Shown: one piece after another, positions 45,209 through 57,300 of the stretch | Layout: each line of letters begins with the position of its first letter | How positions within the stretch are numbered: position 1 is the first letter of the stretch | Assembly (NCBI GenBank): GCA_965223415.1 | Contig: OZ245002.1 | Location: forward strand, 1,856,001 to 1,920,000 | Source of the DNA: Myxococcota bacterium | Lineage (GTDB): Bacteria > Myxococcota_A > UBA9160 > UBA6930 | Length of the DNA stretch: 64,000 nt | Direction of reading: 5' to 3' | The notes under the pieces: generated by a model | The model's input: only the letters and a program-made list of their open reading frames with translations | Databases searched by the model: none | Told to the model about the DNA's origin: nothing | Position numbers and translations under genes: made by a program

Positions 45209-46936
45209 TCACACAGCAGGCAGGCGCTGTCTCCGGTTCAGCAATTCAGCGTTCTTCTCGGCGAGCAGCTTCGCGTCGGCAGCGAGCCGGCGGTTCAGCT
45301 CCTCGCGCTCGCGCCTCTCGCGAAGCGCACGGACCTTGGCGAGGGCGTCGCCCAGGGCGCGAGCCGCGAGGGCGCTCTCCTCCAGATCGCCCAGGGCCTT
45401 CGCCGCCAGCTCCGAGAGGAGCCGCCGCGGCTCGCCTTCCAGGCGATCGAGCAGGACGTCGGCGGACGCGCCGCCCGCGATCTCCCGGGCCAGGGCCTCG
45501 AGCTCCGGATCCGGCGCCACCGCCACCAGGTCCTCGGCCTGGGCCAGGAGCTCCGGATGGGCCAGCAGCACCTGGAGGGCGAGCTCGTAGTGACGATGCT
45601 CGGGGCCGCGGACCCGGGGGCCGGCCGGAGCGGCCACCTCGGCGGAGGTGTCGCCGGCCAGGGCCTTGCGCAACGCCGCGTCGATGTCGTGGGCCTCCAC
45701 GCCCGTGGCCATCGCCAGCCGGCGCACGGTCTCGGCCCGCTCGACCGGGTCCGGCACCAGGGCGAGCAAGGGCACGACGGCGTTCGCGGCGTCGGCGCGC
45801 TCCCAGGGCGTGGCCACGCCCGCGGCCACGGCCCGGGCGATGGCAACCTCGAGAGCCGGAGCCGCCTCGTCGATGAGCTGGACGAGCGCCTCGGCCCCCT
45901 CGGCCTGCAGCAGGTCGTCCGGATCCTGGCCCGACGGCAGCGCCGCCGCCGCGACGCGCAGGCCCTGGGGAAGCAGGATCTCGAGGGCGCGCAGCATCGC
46001 CCGCTGCCCGGCGTCGTCACCATCGAAGAGCAGCACCACATTGCGGGTGCGACGGCGCAGGTCCCGGGCGTGCTGCTCGGTGAGGGCGGTGCCGCAGGTC
46101 GCGACCGCCTCGCCCACGCCGGCCCGAGCCAGCGCCACCCAATCGAAGTAGCCCTCCACGACGACGACCCGATCCTTCTTGCGAATCGGCTCCAGTGCGA
46201 AGGGGAAGCCGTAGAAGGCGCGTCGCTTGTGGAAGACCGGGCTCTCCGGCGTGTTCAGGTACTTGGGCTCCTGGTCCTTGCCGATGGCCCGACCGCCGAA
46301 GGCGATCACGCGGCCGCGAGCGTCCTGGATCGGGAAGGTGATGCGCCCGCGCAGCATGTCGAAGTGGCCGCCGCGCTCCCGGGCCTTGAGCAGCCCCGCC
46401 TTCTCGCCGATCTCCGCCGGGATCTGCTCGCGGTGCAGCACTGACACGAGCGCGTCCCAGCGATCCGGCGCGAAGCCGATGCCGTAGCGTTCGGCGATCT
46501 CCCGATCGAGGCCGCGCCCGGCGAGATAGCTGCGCGCGGCAGCACCGTCGTCGCCCATGAGCGCCCGACGGTAGAGGGCCTGGGCGGTGAGGTTCGCGCC
46601 GAGCACCGGCTCGGTCACGCTCGGCGCGCTGCCGCCGACCTCCTCCTTGATCTCGATGCCGACCTCGCCCGCCAGGCTGCGCACGGCCTCCGGGAAGGTC
46701 AGGCCCTCGTGCTTCATCAGGAAGGAGAAGACGTTGCCTCCCTCCTGACAGCCGAAGCAGTGATAGCTACCGCGATCCGGGGAGACGTTGAAGGACGGCG
46801 TCTTCTCCTCGTGGAAGGGACACAGGCCCTTCCAGTTCCGCCCCGCCTTCTTGAGGCTGACGACGCGTCCGATCACGTCGACGACGTCGACGCGGTCACG
46901 CACCGCCTGGATCGTGTCCTCGGGGATTCGAGCCAT
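45209..46936 (-). CDS. dnaG: DNA primase
   Basis: CPFHEEKTPSF...CFGC, KYLNTPES, VEGYFD and FDGDDAG. Confidence 0.96.
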   Translation of the reverse strand: MARIPEDTIQAVRDRVDVVDVIGRVVSLKKAGRNWKGLCPFHEEKTPSFNVSPDRGSYHCFGCQEGGNVFSFLMKHEGLTFPEAVRSLAGEVGIEIKEEVGGSAPSVTEPVLGANLTAQALYRRALMGDDGAAARSYLAGRGLDREIAERYGIGFAPDRWDALVSVLHREQIPAEIGEKAGLLKARERGGHFDMLRGRITFPIQDARGRVIAFGGRAIGKDQEPKYLNTPESPVFHKRRAFYGFPFALEPIRKKDRVVVVEGYFDWVALARAGVGEAVATCGTALTEQHARDLRRRTRNVVLLFDGDDAGQRAMLRALEILLPQGLRVAAAALPSGQDPDDLLQAEGAEALVQLIDEAAPALEVAIARAVAAGVATPWERADAANAVVPLLALVPDPVERAETVRRLAMATGVEAHDIDAALRKALAGDTSAEVAAPAGPRVRGPEHRHYELALQVLLAHPELLAQAEDLVAVAPDPELEALAREIAGGASADVLLDRLEGEPRRLLSELAAKALGDLEESALAARALGDALAKVRALRERREREELNRRLAADAKLLAEKNAELLNRRQRLPAV

Positions 46937-46972
46937 CCGCCCCTGGCTACCCCCCGCGGCTTGGCCTGCGCG

Positions 46973-47170
46973 TCAGCGCGCCATCCGCTTGAGCTTCTTG
47001 AGGGCGCGCTTCCGTGCCGCGGCTGCCTTCTTCTTCTTCCGAATGCTCGGCTTGTCGAAGTATTCGCGGCGGCGGAGCTCGGTCAGGATGCCTGCCTTCT
47101 CCACCTGCTTCTTGAAGCGCTTCAGCGCCACCTCGAAGGGCTCGTTGTCCTTGACCTTCACGACCGGCAT
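46973..47170 (-). CDS. rpsU: 30S ribosomal protein S21
   Basis: [42 protein letters not shown]. Confidence 0.96.
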   Translation of the reverse strand: MPVVKVKDNEPFEVALKRFKKQVEKAGILTELRRREYFDKPSIRKKKKAAAARKRALKKLKRMAR

Positions 47171-47433
47171 GCGGTTTCGCTCTCCTGGAACGTAGGTCGC
47201 GGACGTGTCACGGGACCCCCCGAGGCCAGCCCCGATCCCCCCTGGACCGGAGCCACCCTTCCTAAGGGAGTGGCCCGAAACGCGCACGCGTGTCGAGTTG
47301 CAGCTGCGCGAAAGCCCCTCGACGGACGAGGTGGGGGGCGAAAAACCTCAAGAAAATCGGAGGATTGGGGCCTTCCACGCGGACGCGGGAAGCTAGCGCA
47401 CGGCCCTCGGGGCATCAACCAGGCCGGGCCGGC

Positions 47434-48266
<833 letters not shown>

Positions 48267-48276
<10 letters not shown>

Positions 48277-48998
48277 GAAGCCGCCTCCAATGCGTCGGCA
48301 AGCTCGATGGAGCCGTCGTAGAGGGCGCGTCCGACGATCACGCCGGCGAGGCCCAGGCGCGCCGCCGCACGGATGTGCTCCAGGTCGCCGACGCCGCCGG
48401 AGGCGATGACGGGAACCCCGACCTGCTCGGCCAGGGCAGCCGTCGCCTCCAGGTTCGGCCCGGTGCCCATGCCGTCCCGCGCGATGTCCGTGTGGATCAG
48501 TGCCGCGACACCCGCATCCTCGAACCGCCTGGCGAGGCTGACGACGTCCACATCGCTGGTCTCGAGCCAGCCCTCGACGGCGATCCGTCCGTCCTTCGCG
48601 TCCACCCCCACCGCCACCTGGCCGGGGAACTCGCGGGCGGCCCGCTTCACGAGCTCGGGATCCCGCAACGCCGCCGTTCCCAGGATGACGCGCTCCACGC
48701 CCAGCTCGATCCACTCCGCGACGCTGTCCCGCGTTCGGATCCCGCCGCCCAGCTCGACGGGAACACCCTTCATCTCCGCCAGGATCGCCCGTACCGCGTC
48801 CCGATTGCAGGGCCGCCCTTCCTTCGCCCCGTCGAGATCCACCACGTGCAGCCGCCGAAGCCCGGCCCCGTGCGACGCGAACCGCCGCGCCACCGCTCCC
48901 GGATCCGCGTCGTACACCGTCGCCGCGTCGTACCGCCCCTGCGCGAGCCGCACACAGCTCCCCCCCAACAAATCGATCGCCGGAATCATCTCGAACAT
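48267..48998 (-). CDS. hisA: ProFAR isomerase
   Basis: [31 protein letters not shown] and TDIARDG. Confidence 0.95.
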
Positions 48999-49048
48999 GT
49001 TGCGTTGGGGGCCGGTTCCGTTTGTTGCGTTGTCGCGTTGGCAAGGGG

Positions 49049-49687
49049 CTAGTAGAGGGGGAGGGCGATCGCGACCTGCTCGGCACCCCAGGTGAGGAGC
49101 TCCTCGGCGGTGAGCCAGCGGGAGCCGCCGCCGGGGTAGCGGGAGGCGTCGAGGAGGTTCTCGGTGAGCGGGCGCTGGGTCTCGTCGAAGTTGCCGGTCC
49201 ACAGGCGCGCGGCGCCGGGGGCGGCATGGAGATCGACCTCGAAGCCCACCGTGGCGGCGCGGGTGGCGCCGGCGGCGCTGCCCTCGCGAGCGACCAGGCG
49301 GTTCAGGGAGCCGAGCAGCACCGCGTCGGCACCGAATTCCCGGGCGGCGAGGGTGGCCACCTGTCTCGGCAGGAGGCGCTTCTCCGTGATGCCCGCCGCC
49401 TCGAGCGCGACCGCCACGTCCGACGGCGGGATCACCTCGACGCCCCGCGCGAGGAGCGCCTCGGCGAAGCGGTTGCCCAGGAGCTCCGCCGCCACGGCGG
49501 CCTCCAGCTCGCCCGCCTTCGTGCCGATCAGTCGCTCCGCGAGCGCGAAGGGCGCGATCGCGACCTTGGTGATCTGCCCCTGGTCGCGCAGGGCCGGGTG
49601 GGCGCGGCCCTTCACGGTCTGCACGCAGCCGGTGATCGACACCAGCAGCGCGAAGAGGACGAGGGGAAGTCGGGTCGCGTTCAGCAT
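49049..49687 (-). CDS. Putative lipoprotein (CsgG/TolB-N-like fold)
   Basis: Lipobox ITGC; KVAIAPF...GADAVLLG...VGFEV...LW. Confidence 0.6.
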   Translation of the reverse strand: MLNATRLPLVLFALLVSITGCVQTVKGRAHPALRDQGQITKVAIAPFALAERLIGTKAGELEAAVAAELLGNRFAEALLARGVEVIPPSDVAVALEAAGITEKRLLPRQVATLAAREFGADAVLLGSLNRLVAREGSAAGATRAATVGFEVDLHAAPGAARLWTGNFDETQRPLTENLLDASRYPGGGSRWLTAEELLTWGAEQVAIALPLY

Positions 49688-50331
49688 GCGTCGATCCACC
49701 GTGCGAAGGCGTCGAGCAGACGCCGTCCCGCGTTCTGGCTCTTCTCGGGATGGAATTGAACGGCGAAGGCCGAGCCCCGTGCCACCGCGGCGGCGAAGGA
49801 CAGGCCACCGTACTCACAGGTGCCCACCTCGTCTTCGCTCCGGGCCGGCTCCGCGCGATAGCTGTGGACGAAGTAGTAGACGTCCCGCGCGGGCAGGGCC
49901 TCGAGCATCGGGTGATCGCCGGCGAAGCGCACCTCGTTCCAGCCGATGTGGGGCACGCGGAGCGAGCCGCCCGCCGCGTTCCGCGCCGGGAAGCGCTCGA
50001 CCCGTCCCGCTAGGAGGTCGAGCCCCGGATTCTCCCCGTGCTCGCTGCTCGCCTCGAACAGCAGCTGCAGGCCGAGGCAGAGCCCCAGGTAGGGGCGGCC
50101 GGCGCCGATCCCCTCCCGCACCGCGGCGTCGAGGCCCTTGCCGCGCAGGCTCGTCACCGCGTCGGCGAAGGCACCGACACCCGGCAGCACCACCGCGTCC
50201 GCTGCGCGCACGCCCACCGCATCGCCGCACACTTCCGCGCGCAGCCCGGAGCGCTCCAGCGCCTTGGCGACACTGCGCAGGTTGCCGGCGCCGTAGTCGA
50301 CGACGGCCACGCGGGGGGAGCTGGCGGGCAT
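49681..50331 (-). CDS. hisH: Imidazole glycerol phosphate synthase glutaminase subunit
   Basis: DYGAGNL, PGVGAF, GLCLG, YFVHSY and QFHPEKS. Confidence 0.96.
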   Translation of the reverse strand: MPASSPRVAVVDYGAGNLRSVAKALERSGLRAEVCGDAVGVRAADAVVLPGVGAFADAVTSLRGKGLDAAVREGIGAGRPYLGLCLGLQLLFEASSEHGENPGLDLLAGRVERFPARNAAGGSLRVPHIGWNEVRFAGDHPMLEALPARDVYYFVHSYRAEPARSEDEVGTCEYGGLSFAAAVARGSAFAVQFHPEKSQNAGRRLLDAFARWIDAC

Positions 50332-50333
50332 CG

Positions 50334-50924
50334 CTACAGGGCGCCCTTCACCGAGGGCACGTCGTCGTGGCGCGGGTCGAGCTCGAGGGCCTGGCGCAAC
50401 GCGCGGGCCAGCCCCTTGAACACCGCCTCCACGATGTGGTGGGGGCTCTTGCCGTAACGGAGCTCCACGTGCAGATCGAGTCCGGCGTTCTGGGCGAGAG
50501 CGTAGAGGAAGTCCTCGGCCAGGGAGGCGTCGAAGCGGCCGACGCGATCGTTCTCGAGCGGCACGCGGTACACCAGGTACGCGCGGTTCGAGACGTCGAG
50601 GGACACCTCGACCTTGCTCTCCGCCATCGGCAGCACCTGGCTGCCGTAGCGGCGGATGCCCCGCGCCTCACCGAGGGCCTGGCGGATCGCCTGGCCGAGC
50701 ACGATGCCCACATCCTCGACCGTGTGGTGCAGGTCCACCTCGAGATCGCCCTTCGCCCGCAGATGCAGATCGAAGAGCCCGTGCTTGGCGAAGCTCTCCA
50801 GCATGTGGTCGAAGAACGGGATGCCGGTGGATACGTCGTACTGCCCCGTCCCGTCGATCTCGAAGGCGAGACGGATCTCCGTCTCGCGGGTCTTGCGCTC
50901 GATCGTCGCTGCCCGACCGCTCAT
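50334..50924 (-). CDS. hisB: Imidazoleglycerol-phosphate dehydratase
   Basis: RKTRETEI, FFDHML, HHTVED, HHIVEA and PSVKG. Confidence 0.95.
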   Translation of the reverse strand: MSGRAATIERKTRETEIRLAFEIDGTGQYDVSTGIPFFDHMLESFAKHGLFDLHLRAKGDLEVDLHHTVEDVGIVLGQAIRQALGEARGIRRYGSQVLPMAESKVEVSLDVSNRAYLVYRVPLENDRVGRFDASLAEDFLYALAQNAGLDLHVELRYGKSPHHIVEAVFKGLARALRQALELDPRHDDVPSVKGAL

Positions 50925-50926
50925 GA

Positions 50927-52297
50927 CTAGATCTCCAGCTCCGCCTCGCGGGCGGCCTCGCGCTCCCGTCGCGCCCGGCGGATCTTCTGCAGTCGCAGCT
51001 CCACCGACGCACCGTGGCCCGTGAAGCCCTCCATCTCGGCGAGCCGCATCACGTCGGCGCCGAGCTCCCGCAGCTTCGGCGGCTCGAAGCGCACGAAGGC
51101 CGTGCGCTTCAGGAAGTCGTCGATGCCGAGCGGAGAGAAGAAGCGCGCGGTGCCGCCGGTCGGCAGCACGTGGTTCGGCCCCGCCAGGTAGTCGCCCACG
51201 GCCACCGGCGTGTAGTGCCCGAGGAAGACCGTGCCTGCGTTCTCCACCTTCTTGAGCGCCACGTCGGGTGCGTCGATGGCCAGCACCAGGTGCTCCGGCG
51301 CGTAGCGGTTCGCCACCTCGATCGACTGGTCGAGATCCTTCGTCACGATCGCCGCGCCCCCGGCCTTGAGCGCCGCCCGGGCGATCTTCTCGCGCCCCTG
51401 GCCCTTCAGCTGCTTGGCGATCTGGTCCTGCACCCGCGTCGCGATCGACTTCACGTGGGTGACGAGCACGGCGCTGGCGCCTTCCTCGTGCTCGGCCTGG
51501 GAGATCAGGTCCGCGGCCACCCACGCCGGCGTGGCGGTCTTGTCGGCCACCACCACCACCTCGGTGGCACCGGCCTCGCTGTCGATGTCGACCTCGCCGA
51601 ACACCTGGCGCTTGGCCTCCTGCACCCACGCGTTGCCGGGTCCGACGATCTTGTCGACCCGCGGCACGCTCTCGGTGCCGAAGGAGAGCGCGGCCACCGC
51701 CTGGGCGCCGCCCATCTTGAAGACGCGGTGCACGCCGGCCACCTTGGCCGCCATCAGCACCTCCTTGCGGATGCTGCCGTCGGCCTGGGGAGGCGTGGCC
51801 ATGATGATCTCCGGCACCTCCACCACCGAGGCGGGCACCGCGTTCATGATCACCGTCGAGGGATAGCTGGCCTTGCCCCCGGGCACGTAGATGCCGACGC
51901 GCTGCAGCGCGCGCACGCGCTGGCCCATGAAGCCGCCGCCCTCTTCGCGCATCTCCCAGCTCGAGGGGATGCGTTTCTTGTGGAACTCCCGCACGCGCAT
52001 GGCGGCCTTGCCGAGGGCCGCCCGATCCGCGGGATCGACGGCCTCGCAGGCCTCCTCCCACTCGTCGCGCTGCACCTCGAGCTCGTCCAGCGCGGCGCCG
52101 TCGAACTTCTTGGTGAGGGCCAGGACACCGTCGTCCCCCTCTTCACGCACCTGCTCGACGATCTTCTGGACCTGCTTGCCCAGGCTCTCGTCGCGCTCCT
52201 CCCGCCGCCGGCACAGCTTCTCGAACGCGCGCTCGAAGCCCGCGTCGCCCGCCTGCAGCTGCTTGAGGATCCCCGCCTTCGTCGCACGGCTCGCCAT
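50927..52297 (-). CDS. hisD: Histidinol dehydrogenase
   Basis: GIYVPGG, GGAQA, KIVGPGN, QAEH, APEHL and [13 protein letters not shown]. Confidence 0.96.
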   Translation of the reverse strand: MASRATKAGILKQLQAGDAGFERAFEKLCRRREERDESLGKQVQKIVEQVREEGDDGVLALTKKFDGAALDELEVQRDEWEEACEAVDPADRAALGKAAMRVREFHKKRIPSSWEMREEGGGFMGQRVRALQRVGIYVPGGKASYPSTVIMNAVPASVVEVPEIIMATPPQADGSIRKEVLMAAKVAGVHRVFKMGGAQAVAALSFGTESVPRVDKIVGPGNAWVQEAKRQVFGEVDIDSEAGATEVVVVADKTATPAWVAADLISQAEHEEGASAVLVTHVKSIATRVQDQIAKQLKGQGREKIARAALKAGGAAIVTKDLDQSIEVANRYAPEHLVLAIDAPDVALKKVENAGTVFLGHYTPVAVGDYLAGPNHVLPTGGTARFFSPLGIDDFLKRTAFVRFEPPKLRELGADVMRLAEMEGFTGHGASVELRLQKIRRARREREAAREAELEI

Positions 52298-52300
52298 CGT

Positions 52301-53193
52301 TCACCCCCCCCCGCCGCGGGTCTTCGACCCGCGACCACCCGCGCCCGGTCCGCGAGGTCCCGGTGCGCCGTCACCTGTTCGAAGCCGGCCTCCTGCAGCC
52401 AGCTCGCCATCTCCTCGGCCTGATGCGGCGCCAGCTCGACGCCGAGCCAGCCGCCCGGGCGAAGCCGCTCCCCGGCCTCGCTCGCGACGCGCTGCAGCAG
52501 CTCGGTGCCGAGGGGCCCCGCGAAGAGCGCCCGCTTCGGCTCGTGGGCGAGCTCCGGCGCCAGCTCCGCGGCGTCGCCTTCCGCCAGGTAGGGCGGGTTC
52601 GACACGATCATGTCAAAGCGTCGATCCGCCACCGGCGCGAAGCCGTCGCCGCACAGCAGCTCCACGCGCTCCGCCAGCTCGAGCCGCTCCGCGTTGCCCC
52701 GAGCCACCTCGAGGGCCGCCGCCGAGAGATCGGTGGCGGTGACCTGCGCCTCGGGTCGCTCCTTCGCCAGCGCCAGCGCGATCGCTCCGGAGCCGGTGCC
52801 GAGATCGAGGATCCGCAGCGCGGTCTCCCCGTCCTCGGTGGCCCGAAGGGCGGCCTCGACCAGCGTCTCGGTCTCCGGCCGGGGAACCAGCACGTCCGGC
52901 GTCACCTCGAGCGGAAGCGACCAGAACTCCTTCGTCCCGAGCAGCAGGGCCACGGGCACGCGCTCCTCGGCCCGGCGGCGCACCAGCTCGCGGAAGCGCG
53001 CCCGCTCCTCCGGCGTCACCGGCTTCTCGAAATCGAGGTAGAGGCGCAGGCGCTCGACCTTTAGCGCGGCGGCGAGCAGGCACTCGGCGTCGAGACGCGG
53101 CGAGTCGATGCCCTTCTCCACGAAGAAGCCCGTGGTCCACTGGAGGAGCTCCAGCACCGTCCAGCGCCGGGCGTCGGCGGCGGGCCGGCTCAC
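52301..53193 (-). CDS. prmC: Release factor glutamine methyltransferase; as sequenced it reads through to 51850, probable true stop at 52301
   Basis: [16 protein letters not shown] and SNPPY. TGA at 52303-52301 is one base out of frame after a G9 run. Confidence 0.9.
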
Positions 53194-54260
53194 AGGTCCT
53201 TCTCCGCCTGCTCGGCGAGGGCGCCGTGCACGCCGTCGAGCAGCTCGTCGAGATCGCCTTCCATGCAGCTCTCGAGCTTGTGCATGGTGAAGCTGGCCCG
53301 GTGATCGGTCACGCGGTTCTGGGGGAAGTTGTAGGTGCGGATCTTCTCGCTGCGCTCGCCACTCCCGACCTGGGCGCGGCGCTCACTGGCGCGCTCGGCG
53401 TGCTGGCGCTCGAGCTCGGCCTCGAGCAGCCGCGAGCGCAGCACCTTCATCGCCTTGGCCTTGTTCTTGTGCTGGCTCTTTTCGTCCTGGCAGGTCACGA
53501 CGACGCCGGTGGGCTCGTGGGTGATGCGCACGGCCGAGTCGGTGGTGTTCACGCTCTGGCCGCCGGGGCCCGAGGAGCGGAACACGTCGATGCGCAGATC
53601 GTTCGCGTCGATCTCGACGTCGACCTCCTCGGCTTCGGGCATCACCGCCACCGTCACCGTCGAGGTGTGGATGCGGCCCTGGCTCTCGGTGCTGGGCACA
53701 CGCTGCACCCGGTGCACGCCCTTCTCGAGCTTGAGCCGCCCGAACACGCTGCGCCCGCCGACGGAGACGATCGCCTCCTTGAGGCCGCCGCCGTCGGTCT
53801 CGGAGACCGAGATCGGCTCGATCTTCCAGCCGCGGCTCTCGGCGTAGCGCGAGTACATGCGGAAGAGATCGCCGGCGAACAGCGCCGCCTCGTCGCCGCC
53901 GGTTCCGGCGCGCAGCTCGAGGATCGCGTCCTTCTCGTCGTTGGGATCCTTGGGGATGAGGAGCAGGCGGATCTCCGCCTCGAGCTCGTCCCGGCGGGCC
54001 TCGAGATCGGCGAGCTCGCTCTCGGCCAGCTCCCGCATCTCGGGATCGTCCTCGCCGAGCATCTCCTTGGCGTCGGCGATGCCCTGCACCGCCTCCCGCC
54101 AGGCGCGACCCGCCTCGAGCAGGGGACGCAGCTCGGCCAGCTGCTTGCCGACGCTGGCCAGCTCGGAGGGCTGCTTCGTCAGGGCCGGATCGGCGAGGCG
54201 CTGCTCCAGCTCCTCGCCCGTCGCCTCGGCCTGGCGAATCTGCTCGGTCCAGTCGGCCAT
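53190..54260 (-). CDS. prfA: Peptide chain release factor 1
   Basis: [13 protein letters not shown] (PxT), [10 protein letters not shown] and RSEKIRTYN. Confidence 0.96.
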   Translation of the reverse strand: MADWTEQIRQAEATGEELEQRLADPALTKQPSELASVGKQLAELRPLLEAGRAWREAVQGIADAKEMLGEDDPEMRELAESELADLEARRDELEAEIRLLLIPKDPNDEKDAILELRAGTGGDEAALFAGDLFRMYSRYAESRGWKIEPISVSETDGGGLKEAIVSVGGRSVFGRLKLEKGVHRVQRVPSTESQGRIHTSTVTVAVMPEAEEVDVEIDANDLRIDVFRSSGPGGQSVNTTDSAVRITHEPTGVVVTCQDEKSQHKNKAKAMKVLRSRLLEAELERQHAERASERRAQVGSGERSEKIRTYNFPQNRVTDHRASFTMHKLESCMEGDLDELLDGVHGALAEQAEKDL

Positions 54261-54496
54261 CAGCTCTCTCGGAACCCGGCCCCGGCGAGCGTCCCTCCCC
54301 GCCCGGGCTCCACGAAGAAGATCAAACGCTTCGGGGGGTTACAGGAGGCCGGCGCGCTCGTGAAGGCGGCCCGGGCCACCGGACGGGCGGCTCGGGCGGT
54401 CTCCCCTGGGCATGCGAGTGCAGCGCGCGCGCGACATGACCGGAGGCTCGCCGATCGGGAGGCGCGGCGCAAGTTCTCGACGAAAAAGGGAAATCT

Positions 54497-56770
54497 CTAG
54501 CGGCGGGAGGCTCGGCGGCGTCCGCCGAAGAGCTCCTCCAGCCAGTCCCGGGGCGTGCGGCGGGGTCGCGGGCACACGCTGCGGGGCGCCGTGCCGGCAA
54601 CGAACCACTCCTCCCGGCCCGGGCAGTGCGGCGCCGCGAGGAGTCCCGTCGCCGGGTCGATTTCGACGCGCTCCATTCCGTCCGGCGGCTCGAACCCGGG
54701 CCCGGCCTCCTCGCCGAGCACGCCGCGCAGGAATCGGGCCGCGATCGGCAGGGCGGCCTTGGCGCCGGTGAGGCCGACCCGGGCGCCGTCATCGAAGCCC
54801 ACCCACACGCCCACCACCAGCTCCGGCGTGTAGGCGACGAACCAGGCGTCCCGGAAGTCGTTGCTCGTGCCGGTCTTGCCGGCCACCGGACCGCGCACGC
54901 CGAGCTTGCCCAGGGTCTTCCCGGTGCCGCGCCGCGCCGCCCCGAGGAGCGCCTCAGTCACCAGGTGGACGGGCTGCGGATCGAACACGTCCCGGGCCCC
55001 CGGGCGCAGGGCGCCCCGGGCGCCGCCGGGCTCGGCCACTGCGAGCAGGGTTCGCGGCTCGTTCGCGAGGCCGCCGGCCGCGAGCACTCCGTAGGCCGCC
55101 GTGATCTCGAGGGGCGTCACCTCGAAGGCACCGAGGGAGAGACTCGGGATCGGGCGCAGCGGGCTCTCCACGCCGAGGCGACGGGCGGTCTCGGCCACGT
55201 GCACGAGCCCCACCTCCATGCCGAGGCGGGCGAAGGGCACGTTCAGGGAATCTTCCAGCGCCGTGCGCAAGGCGACCGGCCCGCGGTACCTGCCACTGTG
55301 GTTCGTGGGCTCCCACCTCGCGCCCTGCACGACCAGCTGCAGGGGCTCGTCCTCCAGGACGGTGCCGAGGGTAAAGCGCGACCCGCCCCGTTCGCTCAGG
55401 GTGAAGGCCGCCAGGGCGACGATGGGCTTGAACACGCTGCCGGGCTGACGGCTGGCGCCGGTGACGCGATCGAAGCCGCCGGCCTGTGCCCGCCGGCCGC
55501 CTACCCAGGCGAGCACGTCGCCGGTATGGGGATCGAGGGCAACGAGCGCCGCCTGGAGCGGGCTCTTCTTGCGGCGCAGGAGCGGATAGCCCTTCTCGAG
55601 CCGGGCGAGGCCCGCACCGACGGCTCCCTTCGCCTCGCGCTGCATGTGGGGATCGAGGCTCGAGAAAATGCGCAGGCCCGCCTCGGCGAGCTCGTCCTCG
55701 TCCACCTCGGCCAAGAGCTCCTTCTCGAGATGGGCGGTGAAGCCCGGCGCCCGAGCCCGCGGCGCGCTGCGCCGACGCACCTGGACGGGCGTGCCCTTCG
55801 CGCGGGTCCACGCGGCCGCGTCGATGCGGCCGTGGGCGTGGAGCGCGTCGAGCACCTGGTCGCGTCGGGCGCGGGCGCGCTCCGGGTGGCGATCCGGGGC
55901 CAGCGCGCTCGGGGCCCGCACCATTCCCGCGAGCAGCGCACCCTCGGCCAGGCTGAGCTGGGCCGCGTCCTTGCCGAACCAGAAGTGCGCGGCGGGACCC
56001 ACGCCGTGGACCGCGCGGGAGCCGTCCTGCCCGAGGTAGATCTCGTTCAGGTAGGCCTCGAGGATCTCGCGCTTCGAGTAACGGAGCTCGAACCAGAAGG
56101 CGAGCGCGACCTCGCGCAGCTTCCGGGTCCACGAGCGCTCCGGTGTCAGGTAGAGGTTCTTCACCAGCTGCTGGGTGAGGGTGCTGCCGCCTTCGACGAT
56201 GCGCCGTTCCTTGGCGTTCTCGAGTGCGGCGCCCGCCACGCGCACCGGGTCGACACCCGGGTGCACGAAGAAGCGGCGGTCCTCCGCGACGAGCACGGCG
56301 TTCACCAGGTCGCGCGGCAGCAGGTCGAGGGCCAGCACGTCGCGGGGCGCGGCGTGCTCCCCGCCCAGCACCGCCAGGCGGAGCGGCTCGAGGAAGAGCG
56401 CGTCCCGCGGCTCGCCGTCGGGCCCGGTGACGGACTCGATGCGCGTGCCCTTCACCTTCACCACGTGCAGCCCGCCGGCCTCGCGACCGTCCGGGTAGTC
56501 GAAGGGCCGCAGGCCGATCTCCCAGCGCGAGGCGCCGAGCCGATAGGCGCCGACGCCGGGCTCGCCGCTCGAGGCGCGGTAGTGGGCCCGCTCCAGGTGC
56601 GCCTCGACGTCCTTCCGCTCCGCCCGCGCGCCGGGGACGAGAACCCAGGGACGGCTGTAGACGGCCGATGCGCGCGGAAGCTTCTGGGCGAGCCGGGGAC
56701 CGGGCAGCCAGGGGAGGACGGCGGCTGCGGCCGCGAGCACCACCACGCCGAGGAGGAGCTTCCGGAGCAC
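54497..56770 (-). CDS. Class A penicillin-binding protein (PBP1b-like)
   Basis: EDRRF, GGSTLTQQLVKN, RKLRE, QPGSVFKP, SLN and GKTGT; UB2H-like segment near the N-terminus. Confidence 0.92.
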   Translation of the reverse strand: MLRKLLLGVVVLAAAAAVLPWLPGPRLAQKLPRASAVYSRPWVLVPGARAERKDVEAHLERAHYRASSGEPGVGAYRLGASRWEIGLRPFDYPDGREAGGLHVVKVKGTRIESVTGPDGEPRDALFLEPLRLAVLGGEHAAPRDVLALDLLPRDLVNAVLVAEDRRFFVHPGVDPVRVAGAALENAKERRIVEGGSTLTQQLVKNLYLTPERSWTRKLREVALAFWFELRYSKREILEAYLNEIYLGQDGSRAVHGVGPAAHFWFGKDAAQLSLAEGALLAGMVRAPSALAPDRHPERARARRDQVLDALHAHGRIDAAAWTRAKGTPVQVRRRSAPRARAPGFTAHLEKELLAEVDEDELAEAGLRIFSSLDPHMQREAKGAVGAGLARLEKGYPLLRRKKSPLQAALVALDPHTGDVLAWVGGRRAQAGGFDRVTGASRQPGSVFKPIVALAAFTLSERGGSRFTLGTVLEDEPLQLVVQGARWEPTNHSGRYRGPVALRTALEDSLNVPFARLGMEVGLVHVAETARRLGVESPLRPIPSLSLGAFEVTPLEITAAYGVLAAGGLANEPRTLLAVAEPGGARGALRPGARDVFDPQPVHLVTEALLGAARRGTGKTLGKLGVRGPVAGKTGTSNDFRDAWFVAYTPELVVGVWVGFDDGARVGLTGAKAALPIAARFLRGVLGEEAGPGFEPPDGMERVEIDPATGLLAAPHCPGREEWFVAGTAPRSVCPRPRRTPRDWLEELFGGRRRASRR

Positions 56771-56772
56771 GC

Positions 56773-57159
56773 CTAACGACTGCCGCCCGGCTCGAGGGCG
56801 TCGTCGATGGCGTCGCGGATCGCGCCGGCGAGCTCGCCGCCCAGCTCCTCGGACCAGCGCCGGGCGCGCTCCTGCCAGGCCTCCACCTCGCGGTCCCAGG
56901 CGCCCCGGCGAGCCGGCCGCCTTCGCGCCGCCTCCCGGCGGGCCGGACGCTCCGGCCGCGGGGAAACGCGGGTCTGGGCCGTGCCGGCCGCCACGTCCCC
57001 GCGCTCGACCCGGGCCCGGTAGCGCTTCGCCCGCTCCCGCTCGAGCTCCCGGTAGTGCTCGGCGGCGGCCTCGTCACGAGAGTCCCAGGCGATGGCCGGC
57101 GCAGCCACGACCAGGCCGAGGACGAGGACCAGAGGCAGGCTGCGGGCGAGGGAGGTCAT
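56773..57159 (-). CDS. Secreted hypothetical protein
   Basis: Signal peptide MTSLARSLPLVLVLGLVVAAPAIA; stop is 2 bp from the PBP start. Confidence 0.55.
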   Translation of the reverse strand: MTSLARSLPLVLVLGLVVAAPAIAWDSRDEAAAEHYRELERERAKRYRARVERGDVAAGTAQTRVSPRPERPARREAARRRPARRGAWDREVEAWQERARRWSEELGGELAGAIRDAIDDALEPGGSR

Positions 57160-57300
57160 GGTGGGCTCGGGGCGCGAGGATACGACGGCCGACGGGATCG
57201 GGGCATTCACGAGGGATACGGCCCGGCCGGGAGCCCGGTTCGCGGCACGCGGCCGCGCCTTCCGGATCGCCCCGTGGGGAGGCCCGGCGGGGAGCGTGGA

